A stretch of 64,000 nucleotides of DNA, taken from positions 1,632,001 to 1,696,000 of the forward strand of contig CAVTCS010000003.1 in NCBI GenBank assembly GCA_963733295.1. The letters are read 5' to 3'. The notes below the pieces were generated by a model, which was not told the DNA's origin, searched no databases, and was given only the letters and a program-made list of their open reading frames with translations. Below, piece after piece: positions 10,028 through 20,343 of the stretch (positions within the stretch are counted from its first letter, which is position 1; every line of letters starts with the position of its first letter). A program made the translations under genes and the position numbers. Source of the stretch: Vulcanimicrobiota bacterium (GTDB lineage Bacteria; Vulcanimicrobiota; Vulcanimicrobiia; Vulcanimicrobiales; Vulcanimicrobiaceae).

Positions 10028-11851
10028 TTAGCGGACGCGAAGTCCGAACGAGTAGAATCGCTTCCCATTGAACAGAGAGGTACCGGCCACGGCGCTGAGG
10101 TGCGGCGAGAGTGGGGCGACGACATCGCCGTCGAGTCCGAGCGCGGCGCCGTTCGTGACGTTTCGTTGCGCGATCGCATCGAAGCGGATCCCCGCCGGAG
10201 CCTGGTAGGTCATCCAAAGAACCTGCCGCCCCGTCGGCGCGGTAGAGGGCAGGTAGTAATCCGGAGTGTTGAAGAGGAGCGCCGAATCGTTGAGCGTCCA
10301 GAAGCGCAAGGCGAGGCGCGGAGCGACCTGCCATACGAGCGAGCCGCCGACCCCGACGGTGCGCTGGGTCGCCGCGCCCGACAAATACTCTTGGAACACG
10401 GTCGCCTCGACGCGCAATCGCGCGCGGTCGTCGAAGTATAGCGTCGCGTCGAGTAAATCTCCGCGCTCGAGCACGTCGCTGCGCGCGGCCGTCGCTTCCG
10501 CCAGCGTCGGCGCGCGGAGCGAATCCGAAATACCTGCGCTCACACCGAACATCCCGGAGGTTGCGTGCACTTCCAACGAAGGCAGCAACACGAGCTCCGT
10601 ATTGCTTTGCGACGAGCTGCCGAACGAGTCATGCTGATCGACGTTGGACAAACCGAGACCGGCGAAGAATCCGGCGGCGCGCGCATCGCCGTGCGCTTCG
10701 AGATAAGCGGTCACCGTCGTCACGCTTCCCGCTAGAAACGGGGCGCTTGCGGTGACCTGATCGTAACCGGTTTGCTCGGTGAAGCTCCCGCCCGCAGCGA
10801 CCGTGATTGCGTTCGGCCGTTCGAGCTGGGCATTGAAACTCGTTTCGCTGCCGGCTGTGCTCGAAGCGTCGGCGAGCCCGTCGGTCTCGCTCCAGCCGGC
10901 GGTCGTCGCAGCCAACGACGTAACGTAGTTGCGTGACGCCGTCGAATACGAGAGGCGCGCGAGCTGAATGTTACGATAGGCATCGAAGGGGCCCGGCGTG
11001 GCCGCGCTATCGGCCGCGGTTACGCCGGCGCGCAGCGCTCCGCCCGCAACAGGCGCGTCGACGTCGAAGTCGGCACGCCGTTGCACCAAGCCATCCTCGT
11101 CGGAGAGACCCGCAGCGGGAACGATGGCGCCGAAACGCGGTTCGAGTGCGAGCGTTCCAGGTTGACCCGCGTCGCCGGACAAGAGCGTGGCGTCGGTGAG
11201 TTGATCGAGCCCGAACGTTCCGCCGCCCGCATAGGATCCATAGCGAAAGGCTTTGTCGGCCGAGATTGCATCGATTTGCTGCAGGTAGCGGCCGGGAAAA
11301 TCGATCAGCGCCGACTCGCCCGTCGAAAGATCGTAGACCGGGGCGCCGTCATCGAGGATCAACCCATGTCCGTGCTGCAGCCCGCGGTCCGAGACGTCGC
11401 TTCCGCCCGCGGCCGGCAAAACATACGGTATCAGTCCCAGAACGTCGGCCGGACGCGCGTAGGGCAACGCGCTCAGGTCGGCGGCGTTCGGAACGCCGCT
11501 GTCGAGCGCGGCGTAGCGCAGGACGACGATGGCGAGGTTCGTGCTTGTGCCAAGGACGAGGTGCACGCTTCGGCAGTGGACGCAGCTCACGTCGAGCGTC
11601 GCCGGAGTCCGCTCCGGGACGATCGTGAACGTTCCATTGGCGGCGGTCCGATCGCTTCCGACGACCGCTCCAGTGCTGTCGCGGGCGCTGACCGAGGCGC
11701 CCCCGAGCGCATTCCCATCCGAGTCGCGAACGCTTCCTACCAAAAGTTGGGTGGCGGCTTCGGCGGCAAAGGGGGCTGCGACCACGAACACCAGGCAGAA
11801 GAGCGCTGCCTTCAGGAAATGTTCATGCAAATTCGGCACAATGGGGGTCAT
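10028..11851 (-). CDS. TonB-dependent-receptor-like outer-membrane protein with N-terminal carboxypeptidase-regulatory-like domain
   Basis: Signal peptide, 'GSVRDSDGNALGGASV', plug-like 'DRGL...LILDDGAP...YGSYAGGG', C-terminal YSFGLRVR strand; CVHC motif. Confidence 0.65.
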   Translation of the reverse strand: MTPIVPNLHEHFLKAALFCLVFVVAAPFAAEAATQLLVGSVRDSDGNALGGASVSARDSTGAVVGSDRTAANGTFTIVPERTPATLDVSCVHCRSVHLVLGTSTNLAIVVLRYAALDSGVPNAADLSALPYARPADVLGLIPYVLPAAGGSDVSDRGLQHGHGLILDDGAPVYDLSTGESALIDFPGRYLQQIDAISADKAFRYGSYAGGGTFGLDQLTDATLLSGDAGQPGTLALEPRFGAIVPAAGLSDEDGLVQRRADFDVDAPVAGGALRAGVTAADSAATPGPFDAYRNIQLARLSYSTASRNYVTSLAATTAGWSETDGLADASSTAGSETSFNAQLERPNAITVAAGGSFTEQTGYDQVTASAPFLAGSVTTVTAYLEAHGDARAAGFFAGLGLSNVDQHDSFGSSSQSNTELVLLPSLEVHATSGMFGVSAGISDSLRAPTLAEATAARSDVLERGDLLDATLYFDDRARLRVEATVFQEYLSGAATQRTVGVGGSLVWQVAPRLALRFWTLNDSALLFNTPDYYLPSTAPTGRQVLWMTYQAPAGIRFDAIAQRNVTNGAALGLDGDVVAPLSPHLSAVAGTSLFNGKRFYSFGLRVR

Positions 11852-12103
11852 ATGCGCGCGAGCCGGGTTCGCCTTGTGTTGGTCGTATGTGCGGCCCTGT
11901 TGGGTGGCGCAGGCTTGACCGTCGCGCGCGCTTCGGTGCCCGACCTCGCCGATCTCACCCGTACGACGCTCGTGCCATCGGCGGCGCCCGCGCTGCTGGG
12001 GCCGATCGACGCGCTGGGTCGCAATGGCTGGAAATGCGTGCCGGAACAGGCCGCGAAAGCGACGAGCGTTCGGTCCGCCGAACTGCCGCAGGATCCGGAC
12101 TAG
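11852..12103 (+). CDS. Small secreted hypothetical protein
   Basis: MRASRVRLVLVVCAALLGG signal peptide; ends 6 nt before the TPR gene. Confidence 0.55.
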   Translation: MRASRVRLVLVVCAALLGGAGLTVARASVPDLADLTRTTLVPSAAPALLGPIDALGRNGWKCVPEQAAKATSVRSAELPQDPD

Positions 12104-12109
12104 TCGCGC

Positions 12110-12919
12110 ATGCGCCTTCGTGGCTTCACCCTCGCGGTTGCGCTCGCGCTCACTCCGCCCGGCGCAGCCGCGCAGCCCTATCCCGCGCTGACGCCGGTCC
12201 CGCGCACGACTTCGCCCGCCGCGTTACACGCGCTCGCCAATCAGCGCGAGATCGAAACGCGTATCGGTTTGGGCTTCGCGGCGATTGGACGCGAGGACTG
12301 GCATGCCGCGAGCGACGAGTTCGTTCACGTCTTGAGTTTGGAACCGCACGAGCCGCAAGCCTCGACGGCGTACTACGATCTCGGAATCGCGCAAACCGGG
12401 CTCGGTCAACTCGACGCAGCGGTCGCATCGTTCGAGGCGGCGATTCAGCGCGATCCGGGGTTTCTCGCAGCTCGCTCGAACTTGATCTCGGTCGAACTCA
12501 TGCGCGGTGATTTACCCGCGGCGCGCAAAGCCGCCGACGCGCTCGTCGCGCTCGCGCCCGATTCCGCTCGGGCGCTCTATGCCCGCGGTTTGGCGGCGCT
12601 CGCCGCCGGCGACGCGGATACCGCACTCGCCGACTTCCGGAAACTCTCGTCTCGCAACCCGTCGTATGCGATCGCACACTACGATCTCGCGCTCGCCGAG
12701 ATCAAGCTCGATCGCTACGCGGACGCCGAGCGCGAGTTGCGCGTCGCACTGACTCTGGCCCCCAACTACGCTCGCGCCCAACTCTGTCTCGGCACGGTTC
12801 TGTTGCATGCCGGACAGCGCGAAGCTGCTCGCGTGGCCTTCGACGACGCCGCACGCAACGCACAGGACGTCGTCCTGCGGACCCTCGCCGCCTCGCTGCG
12901 TGACGCCGTGGAGCATTAA
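12110..12919 (+). CDS. Secreted TPR protein
   Basis: Signal peptide; repeated AYYDLG/ALYARG/AHYDLA TPR units. Confidence 0.88.
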   Translation: MRLRGFTLAVALALTPPGAAAQPYPALTPVPRTTSPAALHALANQREIETRIGLGFAAIGREDWHAASDEFVHVLSLEPHEPQASTAYYDLGIAQTGLGQLDAAVASFEAAIQRDPGFLAARSNLISVELMRGDLPAARKAADALVALAPDSARALYARGLAALAAGDADTALADFRKLSSRNPSYAIAHYDLALAEIKLDRYADAERELRVALTLAPNYARAQLCLGTVLLHAGQREAARVAFDDAARNAQDVVLRTLAASLRDAVEH

Positions 12920-12921
12920 CG

Positions 12922-13611
12922 ATGCGCGTGTTGCTCGTGGAAGACGATCAGGAGATCGCCGGCGCAATCCGCACGATGCTCGCGCGTCAAAGGTTCGCGG
13001 TCGACGTCGCAGCCGACGGAGAGGTCGGACTCGATTATCTGCTACGCGGTACGTACGATCTCGCCATCGTGGACGTGATGCTGCCCAAACGCGACGGCTT
13101 TTCGGTCTGCCGCAGCGCGCGCGCAGAAGGCGTCGGAACGCCGCTCTTGATCCTGACCGCACGCGACGCGGTCGAGGACCGCATTCGCGGGCTCGACTCG
13201 GGCGCCGATGACTACTTGATCAAACCCTTCGTCGACGAAGAGTTGGCGGCGCGGCTGCGTGCCCTGCTGCGGCGTGGCGAGCGGCCTCCCGCGAGCGACC
13301 GGCTCGCGGTCGGAACGCTCGCGATCGATCCCGCGGCTCGGGTCGCGACCGTCTCCGGCCGGCCGGTCGACCTCGGCGCGACCGAGTTCCGCCTCCTCGA
13401 GCTCTTCGCGCGCCATCGCGGGATGACGCTCTCGCGAGCTCAGATTCTCGAGCGGATTTGGGAATACGATTTTACGGGTTCGAGTAACATCGTCGACGTG
13501 TACGTCAGTCAGCTGCGCCGCAAGTTGCGGGGCCGCGGCTCAACCGCGTCGATTGTAACGGTGTGGGGAATCGGCTACAGGCTCGAAGAGAAGGCACCGA
13601 AAGCCGGGTAG
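12922..13611 (+). CDS. OmpR-family response regulator
   Basis: LLVEDD, DVMLP, GADDYLIKPF, wHTH VDVYVSQLRRKL..TVWGIGY. Confidence 0.95.
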   Translation: MRVLLVEDDQEIAGAIRTMLARQRFAVDVAADGEVGLDYLLRGTYDLAIVDVMLPKRDGFSVCRSARAEGVGTPLLILTARDAVEDRIRGLDSGADDYLIKPFVDEELAARLRALLRRGERPPASDRLAVGTLAIDPAARVATVSGRPVDLGATEFRLLELFARHRGMTLSRAQILERIWEYDFTGSSNIVDVYVSQLRRKLRGRGSTASIVTVWGIGYRLEEKAPKAG

Positions 13612-14501
13612 TCGTCCGGCTGACGCTGGCATATATGCTGGTGTTCACGCTCGTCATCGCGGCACTGAGCGTCTTAGCCTTCGAGCTGATCGCCGCGAAC
13701 TACCGCGACGCACTCGCGCCCGCGCTCGATACGCAAGCCGGACGCAGCGCGCTCGACGCGGCCGAACGCAAAATCGCACTCGCAATCGGGCTGCTCGACG
13801 GCGCCCTCCTCATCATCGTCGGGGCGGCGTCGTACGGGTTGGCCTGCGCTGCGCTGCAACCGCTCGTCGAGGCCAGGCGTCGCGAAGAGCGTTTTGCTGC
13901 GGATGCGGCACACGAACTGCGAACGCCGCTCGGAGCGATCGCGAGCGTCGCTCAAGCCGCACGCGACGGGGGCCCGAGCGACGCGGCTTTTGCCGCCGTC
14001 GCACGCCGCGCGCTCGATGCGGGAACGCTCGTGAGCGATCTGCTGACGCTCGCGCGCAGGAGCGACGACGAAGCCCTCATCAAGGAACCGGTCGACTTCG
14101 CGGCGATCGTCGCGAAAGCGGTCGGCGAGATCCACGAGACCAAACCCGGCGTGCAGATCGATTGCGATTGCGGCGAAGCGATCGTCGAGGGCGACGAACG
14201 GCGCTTACTGCAACTGGTGCGCAACCTCTTGAACAACGCGACCCGTCACGCGGAGTCGCGAGTCGAAGTGCGCTTGACGACGAGGGGCGCCGAAGTCGAG
14301 CTCGAGATCGACGACGACGGCCCGGGCGTGCCCGCGGAGATACGTCCGCGCCTCTTCGAACGGTTCGCGAAATCCGCGGACTCGCCGGGAAGCGGCCTCG
14401 GCCTAGCGATCTGCCGCTGGATCGCCGGCGCTCACGGCGGAACGATCGCGTTCACCGGCGGTTCGCATTTCGTCGTGCGACTACCGCGGCGCGCGCGTTG
14501 A
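13563..14501 (+). CDS. Sensor histidine kinase (start uncertain)
   Basis: AHELRTPL H-box, NLLNNA, DDDGPG, GSGLGL; two TM helices. Confidence 0.92.
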   Translation: MGNRLQARREGTESRVVVRLTLAYMLVFTLVIAALSVLAFELIAANYRDALAPALDTQAGRSALDAAERKIALAIGLLDGALLIIVGAASYGLACAALQPLVEARRREERFAADAAHELRTPLGAIASVAQAARDGGPSDAAFAAVARRALDAGTLVSDLLTLARRSDDEALIKEPVDFAAIVAKAVGEIHETKPGVQIDCDCGEAIVEGDERRLLQLVRNLLNNATRHAESRVEVRLTTRGAEVELEIDDDGPGVPAEIRPRLFERFAKSADSPGSGLGLAICRWIAGAHGGTIAFTGGSHFVVRLPRRAR

Positions 14502-15737
14502 AGCGGGGGCACTGTCCAATTCGCGCAAGACTTCGTCCGTGTGCTGGCCGAGCGTCGGCGCATCGCCTTCGGATGAAGGCTGCGTCGTGCTCCACGTTGA
14601 GGGAACGCCGATCGTCCGGATGCGTCCTTCGGTCGGATGCTCGCGCTCGCGCAAGAAACCGGTCGCGACGAGCTGCGGATCGTGCAAGACCTCTTCGAGC
14701 TCTTGGAAAGGCGCCGCGGGCACGTCCGCGCTCCGTAACAGCGGCAGCCACTCGGCGCTCGTCCGCGTCGCCAACACTTCGGCGACCACGCCGTACGCGT
14801 AGTGATAATCTCGCCGCCGTCGCTCGGGCTGATTGAGTCGCGCGTCGCTGCGATACCGTTCCCCGTTGCCGCTGACCTCGAAAAAACGCGTCCAGTGCCC
14901 TTCGTTGTAAACGAGGACGCACAGATATCCGTCGAGGGTGCGGTAGGGCCGGCGCATCGCGGTGAGTAGCCGCGCGTAGCCCATCGGACCCTCCGCCGGA
15001 ACGAAACTCTCGCCCCCGAGATGATCGCCCAGAACGATGTCGGCGAGCGTTTCGAACATCGGGACTTCGATCGCTTGACCCTTTCCGGTCCGCGTCCGGT
15101 GGAGCAACGCGGCGAGCACGACGTTGACCGCACTCAAACCCCCGATGCGATCCACGATCGTGCTGGGCACGTAGCGCGGTTCCCCGCCGTCCAGCGCGAA
15201 GAGCGAGGCGAGGCCCGAAGCGCCCTGTATCAGGTCGTCGTAAGCCTGCAGCGCCGCGCCGGGCCCACCTTGTCCGTACCCGACCAAGCTGACGTAGACG
15301 ATGGCCGGATTCGCCCGCGCGACGTCCGCGTAGCCGAGACCGAGCCGCGCGAGAGCCGCGAGCCGCGTGTTGTGGATGAAGACGTCACTTCGCAGGCAAA
15401 GACGCAAGAGAGCGTCACGTCCTGCTTCGGTCTTCAAATCGAGCACGACGCTGCGTTTGCCGCGGTTGAGATGCATGAAGAGGGCGCCCATCCCGTGATT
15501 TCGCGCCGGAAGTGCGAGGCGCATCACGTCGCCCTGCGGCGGCTCGACCTTGATGACGCTCGCGCCGAAGTCGGCCAGAATGCGCGTCGCCAGCGGTCCC
15601 ATGATGACGCTGCTCAGATCGAGCACGCGCACGCCGGCTAGCGGCCCACCTCCGACTTCCACGGCGGAGTCATTCGACGTGCCGCCGGGCACCTCACGCA
15701 AGGTGAGGAGCGGCACCTGCAAGTAGCTCAAAGGCAT
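14481..15737 (-). CDS. CaiB/BaiF family CoA-transferase (start uncertain)
   Basis: PLAGVRVLDLS, GASVIKVEPP.GD, NRGKRS, YDDLIQG, APTLGQHT. Confidence 0.92.
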   Translation of the reverse strand: MPLSYLQVPLLTLREVPGGTSNDSAVEVGGGPLAGVRVLDLSSVIMGPLATRILADFGASVIKVEPPQGDVMRLALPARNHGMGALFMHLNRGKRSVVLDLKTEAGRDALLRLCLRSDVFIHNTRLAALARLGLGYADVARANPAIVYVSLVGYGQGGPGAALQAYDDLIQGASGLASLFALDGGEPRYVPSTIVDRIGGLSAVNVVLAALLHRTRTGKGQAIEVPMFETLADIVLGDHLGGESFVPAEGPMGYARLLTAMRRPYRTLDGYLCVLVYNEGHWTRFFEVSGNGERYRSDARLNQPERRRRDYHYAYGVVAEVLATRTSAEWLPLLRSADVPAAPFQELEEVLHDPQLVATGFLREREHPTEGRIRTIGVPSTWSTTQPSSEGDAPTLGQHTDEVLRELDSAPASTRAPR

Positions 15738-16317
15738 GCAACGTGTGCGATTCAGCCTGGGCCTCGCAGCGGCCCTCTCCATTCCGGCGCTCGTAACGGG
15801 AACCTCTCGGGCCGCGGTCGCAGCGCCGACTGCAGCCCCCGCCACGGTCAAAATCGCAATCGTCACCGAGCGCGGAACGATCGAGGTTGCGCTCGATCCG
15901 GTCCACGCCCCCGTGACCGTGAAGAATTTCCTCCACTACGTCGACGCGAAGTTCTACAACGGCGGCACCTTCTTCCGCGCGGTTCCCGGCTTCGTCATCC
16001 AAGGCGGGAACAAGTCGCGCGAGTCGCCGTCCGACCGGCCGATCGATCTCGAGAACAGTACGAAGACCGGCCTGCACAATATCGACGGCGCGATCTCGAT
16101 GGCTCGCACGAGCGATCCGAACTCGGCCACGAGCGAGTTCTTCATCTGCGACGGGCCTCAGGTCGAGTTGGATCCGTCGGGTTCGACCGAGGGCTACGCC
16201 GCTTTCGGCTTCGTCACGAAGAACATGGCTCTCGTCCGGGAGATCGCGCGGCTTCCCGCCGAGCAGCAGATGCTCGTCACGCCCGTCAAGATTCTGAAGA
16301 TCTATCGAATCCACTGA
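15736..16317 (+). CDS. Secreted cyclophilin-type peptidyl-prolyl isomerase
   Basis: APVTVKNF, FFRAVPGFVIQGG, MARTSDPNSATSEFFI, YAAFG. Confidence 0.93.
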   Translation: MQRVRFSLGLAAALSIPALVTGTSRAAVAAPTAAPATVKIAIVTERGTIEVALDPVHAPVTVKNFLHYVDAKFYNGGTFFRAVPGFVIQGGNKSRESPSDRPIDLENSTKTGLHNIDGAISMARTSDPNSATSEFFICDGPQVELDPSGSTEGYAAFGFVTKNMALVREIARLPAEQQMLVTPVKILKIYRIH

Positions 16318-18134
16318 TACGCCGCGCGGAACTCATCCGGTTCACGGACCTCGAGCGCCACTATGGCGCGCGCACGATCTTCGCGGGTCTCTCGGGCGCG
16401 ATTCGCGACGGAGAGAAGATCGGACTCGTCGGACCGAACGGCGCCGGAAAGTCGTCGCTCGTGCGCCTGCTGACGGGGCTCGACGAGCTGGACGGCGGCA
16501 GCGTCGTGCGTCCGGCACACACGCGGTTCGCTTACCTCGCGCAAGATTCTTCCGAACGGGGACCGGCAACGCTTCGTCTCGCCTTCGAAGGTGCGATCGA
16601 GCAGCGCTTCGCCGAGGAGTGGGAGACGCGCGCGACGCTGAACCGCTTCGGCTTCGCTGACGAAGAACTCGATCGGCCCTTCGACCAATTCTCCGGCGGC
16701 CAGCTCACTCGCGCGCTACTCGCGCGAACGTTGCTCGAAAATCCGGACTGGCTCGTCCTCGACGAACCGACCAACCACCTCGACATCGATACGACGCGTT
16801 GGCTCGAAAACTTCGTCGTCCGCGACGCGCGCGCGTATCTCATCGTCTCTCACGATAGGTATTTTCTCGAGACGGTCGCCTCGACGATCTGGGAACTCGA
16901 GGATGGAACGCTTTCGACGTACGAAGTAAAGCCGGGACGCGCGTACAGCATGTTCTTGGAAGAACGCGAAAGGCGCCGGGAGCAAGCGCGACGCGACTAC
17001 GAAGCCGTCTCGACCGAACGAAAACGGCAACGCGCGGTGATCGACGAGCTTCGCACGCACGGCTCGCACAACTATAGCGGCGTCCGCAGCCGCGAAAAGG
17101 CGCTCGAGCGGATCGAGCCGGTCGCCGCACCGTCCAAAGGAGCGCGGCGCATCGGAGTCGACCTCAGCCCGGCGCGGCGCGCGACCAAAGGCTTTGCAAT
17201 CGAGTTCAAGGACGTGAGCAAAGCCTTCGACCGGACGCTCTTCGAGGGTTTCAGCGGAACCATCGGCCGCGGCGAACACGTGGCGATCGTCGGGCCCAAC
17301 GGTGCGGGCAAGACGACGCTCCTGCGCATCCTGAGCGGCGAGCTCGTGCCCGACCGGGGCAGCGTGCGCTACGGAACGGGTCTCGCGATGGCCGGCTACT
17401 CGCAGCGCACCGTCGACGATTTGCCCGCGGGCGCGACGGCGGTCGAAGCGGTGATGCAGCTGGGCGTCACGCCGGAACAGGCCCGCGCACTGCTCGGACG
17501 GCTCAACCTGGGCGGCGCCTCCGGCGACAAACTCGTCGAAAACTTTTCCGGCGGCGAACGGCGCCGCATCATGTTGGCGCGTCTGATGGCGCAACGCGCC
17601 GATTGTCTGTTTCTGGACGAGCCGACCAACGATCTCGACATCGCGGGACGCGAAGCGGTCGAAGATGTTTTGGCCGACTACGACGGAGCGTTGCTGGTGG
17701 TCTCGCACGACCGCTACCTCCTCAAGCGGCTGGCGACACGCGTGATCGCGATCGGCGACGGAACCGCGGCGCTTCTCGACGGCGACTACGAAACGTTCGA
17801 GCGGCGCGCGCACGAGCAGAGCGCGGCGCCCGAGCGCGAACGTTCCGCGCCGGCGGCGGCCGGCGAGCGCCGGCGCGAGTCGGCGCACGAAGCGAAACTC
17901 GAAGCGGGGCGGCGCACGCGCGCGGTCGAAGCCGCCGAACGGCGCGTCGCCGATCTGGACCGGCAGCGCGCCGAAATCGAGCTTCTCTTCACCCAACCCA
18001 AACTCTACGACGACCCGGCAACGATCGTCGAGCTGCAGCGCGATCTCGAACGCGTCCGCACCGAAAGCGAGCGCGCGTATGAGGCGTGGGAAGCTGCCGT
18101 TCGCGCCGCGGAGCAGCCGGTAGCCGGAGGTTAA
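16314..18134 (+). CDS. ABC-F family ATP-binding protein (extends 5' of the ORF-track start)
   Basis: First Walker A GPNGAGKS lies upstream of GTG 16461; two ABC domains (LDEPTNHLD, LDEPTNDLD), no TM; the frame reaches CTG 16314/ATA 16317. Confidence 0.92.
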   Translation: MIRRAELIRFTDLERHYGARTIFAGLSGAIRDGEKIGLVGPNGAGKSSLVRLLTGLDELDGGSVVRPAHTRFAYLAQDSSERGPATLRLAFEGAIEQRFAEEWETRATLNRFGFADEELDRPFDQFSGGQLTRALLARTLLENPDWLVLDEPTNHLDIDTTRWLENFVVRDARAYLIVSHDRYFLETVASTIWELEDGTLSTYEVKPGRAYSMFLEERERRREQARRDYEAVSTERKRQRAVIDELRTHGSHNYSGVRSREKALERIEPVAAPSKGARRIGVDLSPARRATKGFAIEFKDVSKAFDRTLFEGFSGTIGRGEHVAIVGPNGAGKTTLLRILSGELVPDRGSVRYGTGLAMAGYSQRTVDDLPAGATAVEAVMQLGVTPEQARALLGRLNLGGASGDKLVENFSGGERRRIMLARLMAQRADCLFLDEPTNDLDIAGREAVEDVLADYDGALLVVSHDRYLLKRLATRVIAIGDGTAALLDGDYETFERRAHEQSAAPERERSAPAAAGERRRESAHEAKLEAGRRTRAVEAAERRVADLDRQRAEIELLFTQPKLYDDPATIVELQRDLERVRTESERAYEAWEAAVRAAEQPVAGG

Positions 18135-18139
18135 CCCGT

Positions 18140-18817
18140 TTGCCAACTGCCAGGCTGGACCCGAACTGGGGATTGCCCGCGAAGGTACCCGAGTCGCGTC
18201 ACCCCGCACAAGTCGCGATTCTGTGCGCGGCTGCGCTGAATTTCGTTTTACCCGGCAAGTTCACGCTCGGGCCGCCTTGGTTCATTCCCGTTATCGAACT
18301 CGCGCTCTTGATCCCGCTCTTTTTCGTCTCACACCGTAAGCTCGTAGAACGCGCCGCGAAAATGCGGCAGCTGGCCGCGTTGACGTTGATCGGGGTCGTG
18401 AGCGTCTCGAACATCATCTCGCTCATCCTCCTGATCCGGCTCTTGCTCTTCAACGCCAAAGCCGTCAACGGGCTCGAGCTCATCTATTCGTCGGTCGCGA
18501 TTTGGGCCACGAACGTGCTCGTGTTCGCACTTTGGTACTGGCAGCTCGATCGCGGCGGACCCGAAGAGCGGATCTCCCCCGAGCACGACGAGCCGGACTT
18601 TCTGTTCCCGCAGATGATAACTCCGGGTTCCGCAAAGCCGGATTGGTCGCCAAACTTCTTCGACTACCTGTACGTGGCGTTCACGAACGCGACAGCCTTC
18701 AGTCCAACCGACACGATGCCGCTGACGGTCACGGCAAAGATGCTCATGATGTCCCAGGCGACGGCATCGCTCGCCACGATCGCGATCGTCGCCTCGCGCG
18801 GCATCGGCATTCTATAG
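18140..18817 (+). CDS. DUF1345-like membrane protein
   Basis: 'FALWYWQLDRGGP', 'DFLFPQM', 'FFDYLYVAFTNATAFSPTDTMP'; start uncertain. Confidence 0.8.
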   Translation: MPTARLDPNWGLPAKVPESRHPAQVAILCAAALNFVLPGKFTLGPPWFIPVIELALLIPLFFVSHRKLVERAAKMRQLAALTLIGVVSVSNIISLILLIRLLLFNAKAVNGLELIYSSVAIWATNVLVFALWYWQLDRGGPEERISPEHDEPDFLFPQMITPGSAKPDWSPNFFDYLYVAFTNATAFSPTDTMPLTVTAKMLMMSQATASLATIAIVASRGIGIL

Positions 18818-18830
18818 AACGGGGCACTTT

Positions 18831-19127
18831 ATGCACGTCGATCCGTGGCTAGGACTCGGAGTGCTCGTCTGCACGGCGGCGACCGACGCCGTCTACGTGA
18901 TGTTCACGGCTTCGGTTTCCGCGCGGCGACGCGTCTCAGCGGCGACTTGGAGCAGCATCTGGTATTTGCTGGCATCGTTTGCCGTCATCACTTACACGAA
19001 GAACTGGATCTACGTGGGCTTCGCAGCGGTCGGGTCGTGGATCGGCGCGTATCTTTCGATGACGTTTCTCAGCCGGCGCGCCGGTCTCGGAAAGCCATTG
19101 CCAGGTTTCGAGGAGCGACCGCCGTAG
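18831..19127 (+). CDS. Small membrane protein
   Basis: Three hydrophobic helices, ATG with purine-rich upstream. Confidence 0.7.
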   Translation: MHVDPWLGLGVLVCTAATDAVYVMFTASVSARRRVSAATWSSIWYLLASFAVITYTKNWIYVGFAAVGSWIGAYLSMTFLSRRAGLGKPLPGFEERPP

Positions 19128-19212
19128 GCCCGAACGTACGTTTTTTGCCCGAGGGCTGATCGCGAGCTTGCGCTCGAGAGCGCTGCGTCTTTGAATTGAG
19201 GGAATCCCAGTC

Positions 19213-20343
19213 ATGAACCGAACTCGAGCGGCACTCGCGTCTGCGATGCTGTGCGCGACGGTGCTCGCTCCGCTTCCGGCATTTTCGGATACCGCAACCG
19301 CGACGGCGATCACCAAGGGCATGATGTTTCCGGTCGACGCGGAGTTGCAAGCGCAGCTGCAAGAGCCGTTGCAAGAGGTCGCCCAAGCCACCCCGGTCGG
19401 AACGTCGCAGAGACCGCTGAAGACGCCGGGTCTGCCGCTCGGGTTCACGTTCAACTTCGATTTTTCGTTTTCGTACCCGTACGGAAATCTCGGCTATCAA
19501 GATGCGCGCCTACCCGGAGGTATGGACGCGGGAATCGGCTATGGATTTACGCGCGAGAATCGGCTTCAGGTCGGATACTATGAGATTCCGCAGTTCCCCG
19601 TAGGGTTCGCCAACAAGACGGTTCCGTTCTTCGTCCAAGGCTTCACCGGTCCGGGAACGATTCCGCAGACGTTCCAGAACACCGGCAACGCGAATGCGAC
19701 TACGAAAGACAAGTTCTTCATTGCGGTCGATCAGAACCTCATCAACATCGCCGGCAAGTTTCCGATCGTCATCAGCCCGACGTATCTCGCACACTGGGGC
19801 TGGGTCGGCAACAACGGTACCGATGTCCAGACGATCGAGTACAACGGATTCCCGACCACCCTGCACTTGCGCACCGAACAAGAGTGGTTCTTGCCGCTCA
19901 CGGTTCCGTTCTTGTCGAGCCCGCGTTTCTTCGGCACCGCCACTGTCGCGGCGCAGTGGCTGCTTCATCCGGCGGGCGTGAATCAGACGAACCACATGCA
20001 AATCTTCGAGCTCGCATATCTCGAGTACCGGGCCGCCAAAGACACCTCGTTCTTCTTCCAACCGTCCCGGCTCATCCAGTACAATCCCTCGGACCCGTAC
20101 CCGCAGTACACGCCGACCTTTATCTACGGCTTGTCGCATCACTTCACGAAGCTTCTCTACACGCAAATCTACGTCGCGACGGGCGGTCCGACGAACTACT
20201 CGCAGCTCGGCATCACGAGCCTGACTTGTCAGCGCATCCCGTGCAACGCTCCGGGCAATACGATCCCCTCGCTCGCCGGCCTCAAAGCCACGACGATTCA
20301 GCTCCAATTCGGCATCGGTAGTCCAACGGTGATTCCACTATGA
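19213..20343 (+). CDS. Secreted hypothetical protein, possibly an outer-membrane beta-barrel
   Basis: SD GAGGG, signal peptide, alternating aromatic strands, ends LQFGIGSPTVIPL. Confidence 0.7.
   Translation: MNRTRAALASAMLCATVLAPLPAFSDTATATAITKGMMFPVDAELQAQLQEPLQEVAQATPVGTSQRPLKTPGLPLGFTFNFDFSFSYPYGNLGYQDARLPGGMDAGIGYGFTRENRLQVGYYEIPQFPVGFANKTVPFFVQGFTGPGTIPQTFQNTGNANATTKDKFFIAVDQNLINIAGKFPIVISPTYLAHWGWVGNNGTDVQTIEYNGFPTTLHLRTEQEWFLPLTVPFLSSPRFFGTATVAAQWLLHPAGVNQTNHMQIFELAYLEYRAAKDTSFFFQPSRLIQYNPSDPYPQYTPTFIYGLSHHFTKLLYTQIYVATGGPTNYSQLGITSLTCQRIPCNAPGNTIPSLAGLKATTIQLQFGIGSPTVIPL

Noticed and set aside
16716..18209. 497-aa antisense ORF and many similar long overlapping ORFs (e.g. 34880-36295, 22449-23699)
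   Set aside because: Shadow frames of well-supported genes in high-GC DNA, with no motifs.
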